64,000 nucleotides of DNA from a virus (lineage: Duplodnaviria > Heunggongvirae > Uroviricota > Caudoviricetes). Shown here one piece after another: positions 63,898 through 64,000 of this stretch. Both the position numbers and the translations under genes were made by a program. Location: IMG/VR virus record IMGVR_UViG_3300031248_000001; one strand, given 5' to 3'. The notes below the pieces were generated by a model. It saw nothing but the letters and a program-made list of their open reading frames with translations, was not told the origin of the DNA and did no database searches. Numbering within the stretch: the stretch's first letter is position 1; each line of letters opens with the position of its first letter.

Positions 63898-64000
63898 TGC
63901 GACGGAAAGCGGATCAGGAAGAAGAGCAGGCGCCGGTAGGTTCGGACCTGCAAGCGGCAGCGGTAGACCTGGTGGAGCGGCTCGAATCCGGGCAGCTCAC
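63898..64000 (+). CDS. start of next head gene (partial)
   Basis: ATG with an open frame running to the window end. Confidence 0.35.

Larger units (their letters stand above)
1..64000. mobile_element. temperate bacteriophage genome segment (virion/replicative-form gene order; integrase and repressor internal, phage genes on both flanks)
   Basis: Contiguous phage modules: tail/fibre, ejection proteins, integrase-cI-cro, recombination/replication, terminase-portal-scaffold. Genes are densely packed with ATGA/GTGA overlaps. No host housekeeping genes are seen. Confidence 0.8.

Noticed and set aside
1-64000. Integrated prophage with host flanks
   Set aside because: No host-type genes or att direct repeats are seen. 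The integrase lies mid-map with phage genes on both sides.
1-64000. tRNA/rRNA genes
   Set aside because: I did not recognise any tRNA-like cloverleaf signature or rRNA segment by eye. A tRNAscan or Infernal run would be needed to exclude small RNAs.

Overview
This window looks like one high-GC (~66-68%) temperate bacteriophage genome segment, not host chromosome. The gene order is that of the virion or replicative form: a large serine integrase and a divergent cI/cro-like XRE pair sit in the middle (25.1-27.7 kb) with phage genes on both sides. From 1 to 16.5 kb there are tail, fibre and putative ejected internal proteins, including a 2390-aa multidomain protein with an N-terminal CHAP/NlpC-P60-like peptidase and an HExxH motif; opposite-strand morons are embedded (Zn-ribbon protein, secreted protein, lipoprotein). 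From 16.7 to 19.3 kb a minus-strand accessory cassette is led by an SPFH/band-7 membrane protein followed by four uncharacterised small genes, a tandem 11-mer repeat and tiny ORFs. From 19.3 to 25 kb lie early genes: RHH, DUF433, an HNH endonuclease, many small Zn-ribbon proteins and an ABA-sandwich-like protein. From 27.7 to 45.5 kb the early-right operon begins with a GT-A-like putative glycosyltransferase and includes HNH (AP2-type) endonuclease, KGG-repeat stress protein, HExxH peptidase-like protein, Rad52-like SSAP, a divergent RHH with a perfect palindromic operator, an HNH-SF2 helicase fusion, replication-associated proteins with an in-frame microsatellite, C5-cytosine MTase, RuvC-like resolvase and paralogous Cys-rich small proteins. 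From 45.5 to 51.8 kb there are an XRE HTH regulator, two sigma-70 region 4-type HTH proteins, membrane (holin-like) proteins and a second ABA-sandwich-like protein. From 51.8 to 53.6 kb a second minus-strand module contains a Zn-ribbon protein, an RHH protein and a protein with an Xis-like HTH. From 54.1 kb the packaging and head genes follow: small and large terminase, an inserted island (GroES-like protein, TAT-like-signal proteins, C2H2 ZnF, free-standing LAGLIDADG homing endonuclease), portal, scaffold-like protein and the start of the next head gene. Several homing-endonuclease-type genes sit in clearly lower-GC (~50-55%) islands. No rRNA, tRNA or CRISPR was recognised. Most functional calls are inferred from motifs and remain unverified.
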